DNA of 64,000 nt, taken from a virus. The DNA lies in the IMG/VR virus record IMGVR_UViG_3300020391_000003, positions 64,001 through 128,000 of that record; one strand, 5' to 3'. The translations under genes were made by a program, and so were the position numbers. This document shows positions 28,649 to 38,917 of this stretch, in pieces (within the stretch, counting starts at the first letter, position 1; each line of letters begins with the position of its first letter). The notes under the pieces are model-generated. The model saw only the letters and a program-made list of their open reading frames with translations, was not told the DNA's origin and did no database searches.

Positions 28649-29731
28649 ATGAAAAAAGTACCATATCAATTAAGCGAAAGTTCAATTACTATTTTTTGGG
28701 AAGGCAAACCTTATACCCTTCGCAAAGATCATCCTAATTTTGTGCTTGCTCGTCAAGCAATCTTTGATGCAAGGTATGAAGACCTTGGTAGTCTTCTTGA
28801 CATCAAGAAGTCAGTCGAAAACTTTATCGAAGGAGATATTGAAGTCAAAGATGAAGTTGTTTATTACAAAGGTCATCGTTTGCATGGAGTTGTTGTAGAC
28901 AAGCTCATAGAAATGCTTCGTCTTGGCATGAAAGATTCTGCTCCTTTGGTCAACTTTATTCAAAGGTTGCAGTCGAATCCATCTGCCAATTCAGTAAATG
29001 AACTTTATACTTTTCTAAGTTACAAGTCATTGCCTAATGATGAAGATGGCATGGTGTTGGGCTACAAAGGAGTACAAGGAAACTTTTGGAGTCAAACAGG
29101 AAATAGAGATACCATTGTTGTGCAAGGCAAGACCAATGAAAGACATCAAATCTATAACGGAGTTGGTGAAACCATCGAGGTTGCTCGTAGATGCGTAGAT
29201 GACAACAAAGACAATCATTGTTCCTTTGGACTTCATGTCGGCTCATACGATTATGCAAATAATTGGGCAGGAGAAGATGGAAAATTACTTGTTGTAAAAT
29301 TTGATCCTTCTGATGCAGTTAGTGTTCCTACTGATTGCGATTTTCAAAAGCTGAGAGTCAGCAAATACGAAGTAATCGCAGACATCACAGATAGTCGTAC
29401 AGAGCTTTTTAAACCTGTCTACGAGGCTAATAAGCCTATCTACGGATCAGACGATGATTACGATGCTTGTTGCGATGATAAAGATGAATATGGCGATTGC
29501 GATTGCGATGAAGAAGCTGATCTCGACTCTCTTGCTATTCGCAACTATGTTGAGAACAAACATGAGAATGAACAAAATCCTACTCTCAAGCAAATTCAAA
29601 GCAGAATGAAAGGTTCTGAACTGACTTGCGGAGAAATCCTTGACATTGTTAGAGATTTTGGATATTATGTATGTGAGAATTATGGTTCACCTAGATCATT
29701 GTGGATTGTCGAACCAAACCCTAATCAATAA
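28649..29731 (+). CDS. rIIB: rIIB-like protein
   Basis: Follows rIIA; NPSANSVNELYTFL, GYKGV, CSFGLHVGSYDY, VSVPTD..KLRVSKYEV. Confidence 0.88.
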   Translation: MKKVPYQLSESSITIFWEGKPYTLRKDHPNFVLARQAIFDARYEDLGSLLDIKKSVENFIEGDIEVKDEVVYYKGHRLHGVVVDKLIEMLRLGMKDSAPLVNFIQRLQSNPSANSVNELYTFLSYKSLPNDEDGMVLGYKGVQGNFWSQTGNRDTIVVQGKTNERHQIYNGVGETIEVARRCVDDNKDNHCSFGLHVGSYDYANNWAGEDGKLLVVKFDPSDAVSVPTDCDFQKLRVSKYEVIADITDSRTELFKPVYEANKPIYGSDDDYDACCDDKDEYGDCDCDEEADLDSLAIRNYVENKHENEQNPTLKQIQSRMKGSELTCGEILDIVRDFGYYVCENYGSPRSLWIVEPNPNQ

Positions 29732-29748
29732 TTTAATTACAAAATAAA

Positions 29749-30000
29749 ATGAATACAACTACAAACAATGCGGTGTTGCTTGATACAATCTCCCAAGCAA
29801 ATGAAGCTCAAGTAGATTCTATTTGGGCTATTCTAAAATACAAAGAAATTGGAATCTATCGAAAGATTGCTTGCATCTGCGAAGTATTAAACCTAGACTT
29901 TCAAGAAAGTCTTAATGATCTTCCTCAAGACGAAGAAGGTAGAATACTAGATTACAAAACAAGACATCTTATTCACGATACTCTTATTGGAGTTTCCTAA
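29749..30000 (+). CDS. Hypothetical protein
   Basis: 83 aa ORF. Confidence 0.6.
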   Translation: MNTTTNNAVLLDTISQANEAQVDSIWAILKYKEIGIYRKIACICEVLNLDFQESLNDLPQDEEGRILDYKTRHLIHDTLIGVS

Positions 30001-30413
30001 TGAGCCTAAAACGAAGTGAAGCCTTGAGCCTTTACTTTGAGTTAGAAAAAAATACCGAAAAATTTATTCAAGCAATACAAGAAAAAGGCTTTAGGCTAAT
30101 TGCGGTAGGAAGTTACAAATCAGTTTATTCAAAAAATAAATCAAGTTATGTTATAAAGGTTGCTACATCATTGAATGATGAAAATTCAGATGTTCCAAAT
30201 AATATAAAAGATTTTTATGTTAAACCATTTTTTATTGATGAACGAATTGTAATACAGAAAAAAGCTAAAACAAATACATCACAACTTAATTTTAAAAAAA
30301 TATGCAGTAAATTAGGAGACAAGGTTTGTCAGCACTTGGACATAACTCCACAAAATTGTGGATCAATTAAAGGCAGACCTGTTATTTTTGATTTTGCGGA
30401 AATGCCATGCTAA
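30000..30413 (+). CDS. Minimal protein-kinase-like protein
   Basis: GSYKSVY Gly-loop, VIKVA Lys, LDITPQN catalytic loop, VIFDF. Confidence 0.55.
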   Translation: MSLKRSEALSLYFELEKNTEKFIQAIQEKGFRLIAVGSYKSVYSKNKSSYVIKVATSLNDENSDVPNNIKDFYVKPFFIDERIVIQKKAKTNTSQLNFKKICSKLGDKVCQHLDITPQNCGSIKGRPVIFDFAEMPC

Positions 30414-30769
30414 TATCATTTGAAGACGAATCCGATGATTTCGGAGATAAGATGAGGAAATCGTTTGAACAACAAACTCTTCTTCACTTTCTTTATAAGA
30501 ATTTCTCTTTGTTTGAAAAAGCAATGGTCATTCACTCAAATAATCATAAAGGTTTATTGTATCACAAAATTCATGCGATTACTGAAGAAGACGATAATGT
30601 GTTAATTGAACTCAAAAATTCTTCCAATAAAGTTGTCGCAACCATCACACAAAATCAGCTTGCAAAAGCAAAACGAAGAGGCAAAGAAATGATTATTCCA
30701 CAATCTAGTGACAATCAACAACTTAAATTAAAATTACTTTTCTTAAAAAATATTCTTGACAATTCTTAA
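30407..30769 (+). CDS. Hypothetical protein
   Basis: 120 aa ORF. Confidence 0.55.
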   Translation: MLISFEDESDDFGDKMRKSFEQQTLLHFLYKNFSLFEKAMVIHSNNHKGLLYHKIHAITEEDDNVLIELKNSSNKVVATITQNQLAKAKRRGKEMIIPQSSDNQQLKLKLLFLKNILDNS

Positions 30770-30790
30770 AATCCTGTCATACTTATAACC

Positions 30791-31552
30791 ATGAACATTG
30801 CAAAAGATACATTGAAAGAATCCACACTCGATCTGATCGAGTCTATTAACCCTGTCAACAACCTTATGCGTAACGCAAGAGCAGTTGCCAAGGTAGATCG
30901 TTTTAGAGAGCTAGATCGTTTTTTTGATCGCTTGACTCTCAAGATTGTAAAAACCGAAACTGACTATTGGGATAGCCTAAAGGTTGACTCTCATGCAGAG
31001 TGCTTCAAGCGTTGGGTATTCGCAATCATGTCTGTTCATACCACTTGGGAATCGAATGTGCGTGGATATGAATACGCAACAAGAGATATGTCTTGGACTC
31101 TTGACAAAGATGTTTTAGCCAAGATGGTTACTGATGCAAGAGTTGGCATCAACAAGCGTAGGAACATTGGTCTTTGGCAACTTGTTGAAAAGTTTCGTGA
31201 AAATCCAAATCAGTTTTACAAACAAGATGATGAGACTTGGCAAGAATGTCGCAATCGCTTAATTGGATCAATTTATGGATTAGGTAACGCAAAGACTACT
31301 TATGCCATTTCATTATCAAATCCAACCGATTCGCAACTTTGTTGCTTGGATGTTCACTTGCTTCGCTTCATGGGTCACGATCTCAAGAAGGGTCATGCAA
31401 ACTCGCTTGAATCGTATCAGCAGATGGAAAACGAGTGGCTTGCTCGTTGCAACAAGTATGGAGTTGCTCCGAATGTTGCTAGAGAAATCTATTGGAACAA
31501 AGTTCAAGGCAGAAGAAATTCACGCTATTGGAGTTACTGCTTGGAAAGCTAA
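30791..31552 (+). CDS. HhH DNA glycosylase/lyase (8-oxoguanine glycosylase OGG2-like)
   Basis: FAIMSVHT, GLGNAK helix-hairpin-helix Lys, CCLDVHLLR catalytic Asp. Confidence 0.65.
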   Translation: MNIAKDTLKESTLDLIESINPVNNLMRNARAVAKVDRFRELDRFFDRLTLKIVKTETDYWDSLKVDSHAECFKRWVFAIMSVHTTWESNVRGYEYATRDMSWTLDKDVLAKMVTDARVGINKRRNIGLWQLVEKFRENPNQFYKQDDETWQECRNRLIGSIYGLGNAKTTYAISLSNPTDSQLCCLDVHLLRFMGHDLKKGHANSLESYQQMENEWLARCNKYGVAPNVAREIYWNKVQGRRNSRYWSYCLES

Positions 31553-31553
31553 T

Positions 31554-31712
31554 ATGAACAACAAAGAAAAATTGGCATTACAAGACTTGATTGATTGCAC
31601 AGAGCATTATTTGCTTATTGGTCATATACAAGATCAATATGATGATGCAGAGTTAAGATTAATCGAGTATCATGTAACTTTAATGAAAAGATTTTTAACT
31701 AAAATTAAATAA
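31554..31712 (+). CDS. Small hypothetical protein (start corrected from 31302)
   Basis: ATG 1 nt after upstream stop. Confidence 0.5.
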   Translation: MNNKEKLALQDLIDCTEHYLLIGHIQDQYDDAELRLIEYHVTLMKRFLTKIK

Positions 31713-31716
31713 TAAA

Positions 31717-31923
31717 ATGGAAACTCAATACAATATAAATCTTGGATTAACAGAAACAGACTTTCTTGAGATCAAAGATGGTGGAATAAAATTCCACTTT
31801 CTTCCTAATGAAAGCACCGACTACGATGAGAGAATCACCATTTCAATTAAAAGCGTTGAAGATGATACTCCTTTGGGTGATTGCATGAATTTAAGTGTTG
31901 ACAAGACTGAAGTTGTCGTATAG
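31717..31923 (+). CDS. Hypothetical protein
   Basis: 68 aa acidic ORF. Confidence 0.55.
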   Translation: METQYNINLGLTETDFLEIKDGGIKFHFLPNESTDYDERITISIKSVEDDTPLGDCMNLSVDKTEVVV

Positions 31924-31932
31924 TATATAAGC

Positions 31933-32307
31933 ATGATTGACAAAAACTTCATGGATGAATCTAAAAATTTATCAGATGATTGCTTTGAAGAAAAACTAAT
32001 ACATAACCTAATTAAAAATAAAATGGAATTAACACAAGAAGAATATATCTTAGATCAAGTCGCAGAAATTAATCCCGATGCGATTGTGCTTGAACCTCGA
32101 TCCACATTCAATCGTGCGATCATTGGAACTGATCCCGATGGTAGAATTGTTTATTCTGCTAACAAGATCATCAATGCGTTTATGGATGTAGATGGTATGA
32201 CCGAAGAGGAAGCTATTGAATATTTTGAATACAATACTCTTGGAACTATTCAACCTATGGGAAGTCCAAACAAACCATTCTTTGTCTATGATGAGTTTAT
32301 TTTCTAA
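31933..32307 (+). CDS. Hypothetical phage protein
   Basis: AIIG..VYS..GMTEEEAIEYFEYN pattern. Confidence 0.65.
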   Translation: MIDKNFMDESKNLSDDCFEEKLIHNLIKNKMELTQEEYILDQVAEINPDAIVLEPRSTFNRAIIGTDPDGRIVYSANKIINAFMDVDGMTEEEAIEYFEYNTLGTIQPMGSPNKPFFVYDEFIF

Positions 32308-32554
32308 ATTTTTTAGTTCGTTTAAAAAGACTCCCAAGTTATCGAAAGAGGAAATCGAAGCACTTATCGACAAGCATCAACCTATTCTTGAAAGATTGGG
32401 AGATGAAATGGATTATGATGGTATGGGTGATTACGGAAGATTTCCACCGATTAAAAAACAAAAAGAAATTATCGGAGACGATTATCCAACTTATGAGCAA
32501 TTAATCAAAGAATATGAATTACAAAATTCTAAGCAAAGTGCAAAAAGAAATTGA
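32288..32554 (+). CDS. Hypothetical protein
   Basis: DYDGMGDYGRFPP motif. Confidence 0.55.
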   Translation: MMSLFSKFFSSFKKTPKLSKEEIEALIDKHQPILERLGDEMDYDGMGDYGRFPPIKKQKEIIGDDYPTYEQLIKEYELQNSKQSAKRN

Positions 32555-32729
32555 TACAATTAAAGATATGCACAAGCATATTAAAGATTTGGAAATGGAA
32601 CTTGAGTTTTTGTACGCAAGAGAACCTAACGAAATTAATTATATTATTAGCGTAGAAAAACAAGTAGACGAACTATACGAAAAACTAGAAGAACTAGAAA
32701 AATATCAAGATGACAGACTCAAACAATAA
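32514..32729 (+). CDS. Coiled-coil hypothetical protein
   Basis: Heptad-rich 71 aa ORF. Confidence 0.55.
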   Translation: MNYKILSKVQKEIDTIKDMHKHIKDLEMELEFLYAREPNEINYIISVEKQVDELYEKLEELEKYQDDRLKQ

Positions 32730-32931
32730 GCAACGAAAGAATCCTTATCAAAGACCAAAGAGATTAACAGATATTGATGATATGAGATATGATTTAGCAG
32801 AAGCAGAAGCAATGAATATGAATACTGCTGATATTATAAATTTACTTATAGATGGATTTGAAGGATTAGATAATATTTCTGATCTTGAAATTGAAGAAGA
32901 ATGGAATAATTTATTTGGAGATAAAGCTTGA
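32710..32931 (+). CDS. Acidic hypothetical protein
   Basis: 73 aa ORF. Confidence 0.55.
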   Translation: MTDSNNKQRKNPYQRPKRLTDIDDMRYDLAEAEAMNMNTADIINLLIDGFEGLDNISDLEIEEEWNNLFGDKA

Positions 32932-32963
32932 CAAGATCAACAATCTAGTTCATACTTATAGCT

Positions 32964-33194
32964 ATGAAAATAACAAATCAATGGGACGAAAGTTTTGAAA
33001 TCGAGGTTGGCGATTGGGTTGGCTTTAAATGCGATATAGAACAAGAAGGCATTGTCAAGTCGATTCAAAGATCAAGACATACTTTAATTGTTGAAAACCC
33101 TCATGGTTTTCATGGAGATTATATTGGTGGAGATACAGAAGCATTACTTGCTTTTGATGATGTATGGGAAATCGCAGGATTTTTAGGTTCTTAA
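32964..33194 (+). CDS. Small SH3-like hypothetical protein
   Basis: EVGDWVGFK..GIVK pattern; own promoter TTGACA(32928)-17-CATACT. Confidence 0.6.
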   Translation: MKITNQWDESFEIEVGDWVGFKCDIEQEGIVKSIQRSRHTLIVENPHGFHGDYIGGDTEALLAFDDVWEIAGFLGS

Positions 33195-33195
33195 T

Positions 33196-33399
33196 ATGAA
33201 ATTAACGAAATATCAAAAAGATAGACTGCTTGAGCATGATTGGGATTTATATACAACCGATGATGGCGAGCAGAATTGTGCATGGATCAGCATTGCTCCC
33301 GAAGATGGTAGAATCTTTGGAGAAGTAGTCGAACAATTAGGCTTGACAGGAGAAGGTGAAGATGTTAAATTATTAATTGTTGCAACTGCTGAAGATTAA
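33196..33399 (+). CDS. Hypothetical protein
   Basis: 67 aa ORF. Confidence 0.55.
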   Translation: MKLTKYQKDRLLEHDWDLYTTDDGEQNCAWISIAPEDGRIFGEVVEQLGLTGEGEDVKLLIVATAED

Positions 33400-33713
33400 T
33401 GAAATTAAGAAATGCTATTGACATTGTTTTAAATGAAGCAGAATCTTCTGCTCTTGGAGAGAACAATCAAGAGACAATCAAAGCAGTAACTTTATTGCAT
33501 GATTTTTTAGAGTGGGTTGCAGATGACATCAAGATTTGGGATGAAATGACAAACGATGGATTTATTCTTGAACACTTTTATAATGACGCTAATAAAATGA
33601 AAGATTTTGAGTTATTAAGCAAAGAAGAATTTTTAAAGCAACATCCTTTTGTAAAAGAAAAAGAATATAATTTAACTAGATTGAAACAAAAAGAACAAGG
33701 AGATATAAAATGA
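33399..33713 (+). CDS. Hypothetical protein
   Basis: TAATG coupling. Confidence 0.55.
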   Translation: MKLRNAIDIVLNEAESSALGENNQETIKAVTLLHDFLEWVADDIKIWDEMTNDGFILEHFYNDANKMKDFELLSKEEFLKQHPFVKEKEYNLTRLKQKEQGDIK

Positions 33714-34303
33714 ATAATTATTTTAATAACGCACAAGTAAATTGGAATACATGGACTCCACAAGATATTATTTTCAAAAGCAATAATATTGTAAAGCAGT
33801 TAATTCCACAAGAAAATGTATTAAGTTACAAGAGTAAGAGTGATCGTGATGTGCAAATGTGCAAACTCACTAATGGCAAAGCATATCACAATAACTATTC
33901 AAACGCAACATATTATAGTCGTGACAACTATCGTGCAGTTCATGTATGGCTTAAAGATGTTAAGTCAGAGTATCCAACTGCCAATGTTGATTTTATTGAT
34001 TACACAAATAGAACAGATAGCGTTGGTAATGCAAAAGCTTGTATTGATGTCTTGATATACATTCAATCTTTTCATCAACCTTGGGAATGGAAACGAGATC
34101 AAAACGGCAATTACATCAAAGTAAACAATGCTAATCCTAGTCCACTTGAAGAAGGTTACAGAATTTGTTATGGTGGACAAGGAGACTCAAACCCTCTTAG
34201 TCATTCCGAGTTTCAAGAAGTCTTGGATATAACTGAATCGGTTCGTAGATTTCTATTTGAAATGCTGATTCCATATCGCAACGGAGAACTGCTTGTAGCA
34301 TGA
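33710..34303 (+). CDS. Hypothetical protein
   Basis: 197 aa ORF. Confidence 0.7.
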   Translation: MNNYFNNAQVNWNTWTPQDIIFKSNNIVKQLIPQENVLSYKSKSDRDVQMCKLTNGKAYHNNYSNATYYSRDNYRAVHVWLKDVKSEYPTANVDFIDYTNRTDSVGNAKACIDVLIYIQSFHQPWEWKRDQNGNYIKVNNANPSPLEEGYRICYGGQGDSNPLSHSEFQEVLDITESVRRFLFEMLIPYRNGELLVA

Positions 34304-34585
34304 TCGAGGTATTTAATATTATAAATCTTTTGCTTGGATTAACTATGTGCGTTGTTGCATTTGGATTCGTGATTGTTTACTTGAGCGAAGAAGAATAAGC
34401 CTTGACACATTGAAAAAATTTCAGTATAATATATCTTATCAATTAGGAGAAGAGAATAAAGAAATTGGATTTCATTCAAAAGCAAACATGATTGACTACT
34501 TAAATAAAAACAAAAATTATTTAAATAAACTAAATCATGTATATTTGAACTTTAAAACTATCAAACTATCAATTAAACAATCAAC

Positions 34586-34807
34586 ATGGAAAACAAAATA
34601 ACTAAAGAAGAATTATTGTTGAATCAAATTATTGATTCTTGTAATCAGATTATTGATAATCTTTCGTTGGGTGCAAGAACAACTCAAGCAGATTACAATT
34701 CTCTTGGATATATTTATAGCGGAATTACCGCATTGCAAAATAGAATTTATACTGACTTGGATAATCAAATTACTCAAGATGTACAGAACTCAAAGTACAA
34801 TGTTTAA
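34586..34807 (+). CDS. Hypothetical protein
   Basis: 73 aa ORF. Confidence 0.55.
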   Translation: MENKITKEELLLNQIIDSCNQIIDNLSLGARTTQADYNSLGYIYSGITALQNRIYTDLDNQITQDVQNSKYNV

Positions 34808-35118
34808 TAAATTATTTTTTTTGATTACTACATTATTACCTTTCGGATGCTCTAGCAAGCAGTTTGCTTTCAACGATTGCTATTGCGTAGAAACATCCAT
34901 CAACTGCGAAATCTGCAAACCCATAAACTAAATGCAAGAAATAATAAATAAAATATACGAAAGAATGGAATTTTGTGCAAATGCACATACAAACGATCAA
35001 GCCGAAGAACAAGCATATATTCTTGAAATAACTTGCTTGAACGAAATCTTAGATCAAATAGAAACTTTTCCTTGGGAAAGCGAAGAAGTTAATTGAATCA
35101 AAAAAACTATAAAATAAC

Positions 35119-35301
35119 ATGAGCAAGAAGGCAACAAAAAAAGGAGTAACAACCAAAGAACAAAGCTACAAACTTCACATGGTTTGCAAGAAGACATCTC
35201 ACACAGGAGCAAAACCACTTGTACCTCACATTAGCAATCCTAATGTTATGGTAACACAAAAGGTTCGGGATGCACAAGAACGCAACAGAAAAACGCAATA
35301 A
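35119..35301 (+). CDS. Small basic hypothetical protein
   Basis: 60 aa ORF. Confidence 0.55.
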   Translation: MSKKATKKGVTTKEQSYKLHMVCKKTSHTGAKPLVPHISNPNVMVTQKVRDAQERNRKTQ

Positions 35302-35473
35302 TTTTTTTCTGCAATTAACAGAGCGTTGGCAAGATGGTCAGTATTTGGAAGTTGCAGATTATGTTGCTCATCACGAAATATTTAGCGAACGATCTAACCT
35401 CATAGATTTTTGCGTTTACTTATCTAAGCATCTAGGACTCAAAGAGTTAAGAGTGCTACAAAAATTAATTTAA
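35270..35473 (+). CDS. Hypothetical protein
   Basis: 67 aa ORF. Confidence 0.5.
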   Translation: MHKNATEKRNNFFLQLTERWQDGQYLEVADYVAHHEIFSERSNLIDFCVYLSKHLGLKELRVLQKLI

Positions 35474-35515
35474 AAAAGCCTTGACAGGCAATCCAAAATT
35501 TAGTATTATATACTT

Positions 35516-36709
35516 ATGACGAAAAAATTGCAAACACTCTACAAAGTAGATACCAAAGGAAAACTGCGTGAATGGACTATGCACATTGATGGCAATTCAT
35601 TTTATGCAGTCAAGGGTCTTGTCGATGGCAAGAAAACTCAAGACAAAGCTACAACCACAATCGCTAAGAATGTTGGGCGAAGCAATGAAACTACTCCCGA
35701 AGCTCAAGCAGAGTTACAAGCTCAAGCCAAGTTCCAAAAGAAATTGGATAGTGGATATGCTCTTAACGAGATAGATGCACAAGAAAAAAAGTTTTATGAG
35801 CCTATGCTTGCACACAACTTTAAAGATCGTAAGCACGAATTGAAGTATCCTATTTACTCGCAACCAAAACTAGATGGTATTCGTTGCATCGTTCGCAAAG
35901 AAGGTGATACGCTTGTAGGAAGAACTCGCAATGGTAAAGAGATAGAATGTATTCCTCACATTCTTTCAAGCCTAAATAGCTTTTTTCTCGCTCATCCAAA
36001 GGCTATTCTCGATGGAGAATTGTACAACCATGATCTAAGAGACAACTTCAATAAAATTACTTCACTTGTTCGCAAGCAAAAACCTGTTAAATCAGATAAG
36101 ATGACAGACAATGCTTATGCAAAAAAAGTAAAAGAATATCAAGAAAGACTCGCAGAAGCAGAAGAGACAATTCAATATCATGTATATGATGTTCCTTATC
36201 TTCACGATTCATGCACAGAAAAAACTTCATTCGATATGCGTTTTACTGAACTAAAAAATTCATTGAATATTGGTATTGTTATTCACCGCAATGTAACATT
36301 AGTTGAAACTAGTGAAGTGTTTAATGAAAGTGATCTTGACAATTTGTATGGTCAGTATCTTGATCTAGGATACGAAGGTCAAATGGTTCGCAAAGATGAA
36401 GCATACGAAAACAAACGAAGCACAACTTTGCTCAAGCGTAAAGAGTTTATTGATTCCGAATATCGAGTGATTGACATTGATGTAGGCAATGGTAATCGTA
36501 GTGGTACTGCAAAGCATCTTGTATGCTACTGCGACAAGACCAAGCAAACATTCAATTCAAACATCAAAGGTTCATTTGATTACCTCAAAGAAGTTTATGA
36601 TAATCGCAAAGATTATATTGGTCAGTTGGCTACAATCAAGTATTTCCAACTTACTCCCGATGGAATTCCACGCTTTCCGTATGCAATAAGTTTCAGAAAC
36701 TACGAGTAA
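35516..36709 (+). CDS. lig: ATP-dependent DNA ligase
   Basis: PMLA, motif I SQPKLDGIRC, LDGELY, YHVYD, EGQMVR, LLKRK, TPDGIPRFP. Confidence 0.93.
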   Translation: MTKKLQTLYKVDTKGKLREWTMHIDGNSFYAVKGLVDGKKTQDKATTTIAKNVGRSNETTPEAQAELQAQAKFQKKLDSGYALNEIDAQEKKFYEPMLAHNFKDRKHELKYPIYSQPKLDGIRCIVRKEGDTLVGRTRNGKEIECIPHILSSLNSFFLAHPKAILDGELYNHDLRDNFNKITSLVRKQKPVKSDKMTDNAYAKKVKEYQERLAEAEETIQYHVYDVPYLHDSCTEKTSFDMRFTELKNSLNIGIVIHRNVTLVETSEVFNESDLDNLYGQYLDLGYEGQMVRKDEAYENKRSTTLLKRKEFIDSEYRVIDIDVGNGNRSGTAKHLVCYCDKTKQTFNSNIKGSFDYLKEVYDNRKDYIGQLATIKYFQLTPDGIPRFPYAISFRNYE

Positions 36710-37434
36710 ACATATACTCTAACATACAACACAACATATTAATATCTTTATATTCACTATACAAGACAATACAAAGCAAAATATAAGTAATAACATTGTT
36801 TTCTGTAATAATAAATAAAATATTGTGTGGTTTAATGTGGGTTAAAATGGTGAATAGTGGAGTGCGAGACTTAAATATATAAAATAATTGATTAGATTAT
36901 AAATTAAAAACAAATAATATTTCGAGCTTGAAAATAAAAAAAAATTAAATAAAATAAATAATAAGCACTAATTAAATGAAAAAATTACTAAAGTTATCGA
37001 CACAAATAACAAGACAATTACAAAAAATTTATTATAAAATACGGCGAATTACAAAAGTTTTTTTGTCAAATAAAAGCGAAAATAAACAAATTGAATTTGA
37101 GTTTAATGAGCATGGTCGAGATTCTTACGGATTTCCAAACTTTTTCAAAAGAAAATAAAATAAGTCAATTCTTTACATTAATTTACAAAATTTTTAAGTT
37201 TTTTTAATTTATTCTTGACATCGTGTTTAATGTATTGTATACTATGTAACATATTATGAGTGAAGAAACACAACAAAATCAAGAAAGCGTATCTGTTCCA
37301 CCGCCACTAACAGACGAACAGAAGATAGAAATGCTTAAAAACATGATCGAAACTGCTCCAAGCGAGGAGATTCGCAAGCAAGTAGAAAAAGCTTTACAAC
37401 AACAACAACAAAATAATACTTGATACAATAAAAA

Positions 37435-37635
37435 ATGGATGAATTGCAAAAAATAAGTGCCGAAATAATAAATATATTTAATAATAAGGTAGAATCACTA
37501 TCAGAAGAACAAGCAGAAGTATTAAATTTGCACAATAATAGTATGAATTTTTATATTCAATTGGGTGATCGACAAAAAGCCATGTGGGAAGCACAACAAA
37601 CACTAAAATATTTAATCCAAATAACTCATGATTGA
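37435..37635 (+). CDS. Hypothetical protein
   Basis: 66 aa ORF. Confidence 0.5.
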   Translation: MDELQKISAEIINIFNNKVESLSEEQAEVLNLHNNSMNFYIQLGDRQKAMWEAQQTLKYLIQITHD

Positions 37636-37849
37636 TGATCTTGATCCTAGTGCCGAAGAAGTATTACAACTTACTCTTGAAATATTACATTTAATTGAAA
37701 CTAAAGCTAGTTTGATTAGTGATGATGAGATGAATGAAGTGCTTATGTCTAATGAATCAATACAATTCTTTATTGAACAAGATGATACCGACAGGGCACT
37801 GCTTGAAGCCCGCAATCTAAAAAAATATTTAATGCGATTAGGCACATAA
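37628..37849 (+). CDS. Acidic hypothetical protein
   Basis: 73 aa ORF. Confidence 0.55.
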   Translation: MIDDLDPSAEEVLQLTLEILHLIETKASLISDDEMNEVLMSNESIQFFIEQDDTDRALLEARNLKKYLMRLGT

Positions 37850-37984
37850 TAATATTGCATCATATAAAAAGCAATAATACAATCTTTTATCTTATACAAT
37901 ACATAATACTAAATAAACAATCTAATTGCAGGATATAAAAAGCAAAATATATCAATTCAAATAAACATTTAATTATAAAAAATT

Positions 37985-38134
37985 ATGAAGCAAATAAACA
38001 CAAATAAGTATTTGGTTGGCAAAAAGAAGTTGGGCAAAGGCAAAGTCGGAGCTAGAGGTGGAGTTGGTGTTCCAACAGGAGCTTTCGGAGGAAAATCCAA
38101 GTTCAACAAGAAAAAGCTTGACAAGTCTGAGTAA
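37985..38134 (+). CDS. Lys/Gly-rich microprotein (49 aa, not in track)
   Basis: MKQINTNKYLVGKKKLGKGKVGARGGVGVPTGAFGGKSKFNKKKLDKSE; explains two antisense shadow ORFs. Confidence 0.6.
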   Translation: MKQINTNKYLVGKKKLGKGKVGARGGVGVPTGAFGGKSKFNKKKLDKSE

Positions 38135-38183
38135 TCTGTCATAATAGAGTACATCAACCATTAATTGCTAACGAAAGGAAATT

Positions 38184-38405
38184 ATGAGCATTGCAAAAAA
38201 CGCACGAGCAAGTCAAGTTATGAACGACATACAGAGTGGCAAACACACGCCCATCAATAAAAGAGGTAAGTTTGCAAATTTCGGTTCAATCGCAGAAGAT
38301 AGTATTTATTATCACACAATGCTTGCAGATCAAGCTGATGCAAAACAAAAAGCTAAAGCTCAACAAGCTAAAGCAAGACTTAGATTAAAAGGAATTATTG
38401 TTTAA
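38184..38405 (+). CDS. Hypothetical protein
   Basis: 73 aa ORF behind a TTGACA promoter. Confidence 0.6.
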   Translation: MSIAKNARASQVMNDIQSGKHTPINKRGKFANFGSIAEDSIYYHTMLADQADAKQKAKAQQAKARLRLKGIIV

Positions 38406-38407
38406 TT

Positions 38408-38680
38408 ATGCACCCAAAAGTAGAACAACCTGTTGGTTCGTATACCGAATTTGAAAAGCTTGCCTGGATAAGCACCAAAGCAATTCCTGCCATAGGAAGT
38501 AAGCTGAATGTAAAAATTAATGGAATTGGCGAATCTATTGTTAAGAAGTATTTCGTAGAGTATGGCTTTATTGGGATGCTTGTTACTCCTCAGAATCCAC
38601 CTGCTTGGTACATCAAGCAAAACGGAAAAGGTGCTGATTGCCATGTTTATCCTGCTGAATGTGAAGAGCTAAGAGGATGA
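38408..38680 (+). CDS. Hypothetical protein
   Basis: 90 aa ORF. Confidence 0.6.
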   Translation: MHPKVEQPVGSYTEFEKLAWISTKAIPAIGSKLNVKINGIGESIVKKYFVEYGFIGMLVTPQNPPAWYIKQNGKGADCHVYPAECEELRG

Positions 38681-38686
38681 TTAACA

Positions 38687-38893
38687 ATGGACTGGATAGT
38701 TAGAACATACGACGAGCAAGACAATCAAATCTCGTCCTTTATTATACAGAATAGAACAGAGTCTCAGGCAGAGCGTGAGGCGATGCACGATACAGAAGTT
38801 AGATCCGCCGAAGATTGGAGTATGGAGGAATACAATGGAATGATTAACCCATCAGATAAAAGCAAAATAAATAAAAAAACTCTTGACAAATAA
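38687..38893 (+). CDS. Hypothetical protein
   Basis: 68 aa ORF. Confidence 0.55.
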   Translation: MDWIVRTYDEQDNQISSFIIQNRTESQAEREAMHDTEVRSAEDWSMEEYNGMINPSDKSKINKKTLDK

Positions 38894-38911
38894 TAAATAA
38901 TAGAGTATAAT
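38883..38911 (+). promoter_or_regulatory. Consensus sigma70 promoter driving a non-coding transcript
   Basis: TTGACA-17-TATAAT with no protein-coding gene before the terminator at 39214-39257. Confidence 0.85.
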
Positions 38912-38917
38912 AGATAC

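Noticed and set aside
36710-36975. AT-rich gap after the ligase as a hidden RNA gene
   Set aside because: Low-complexity A/T-rich sequence without convincing stems, promoter-terminator pair or GC enrichment
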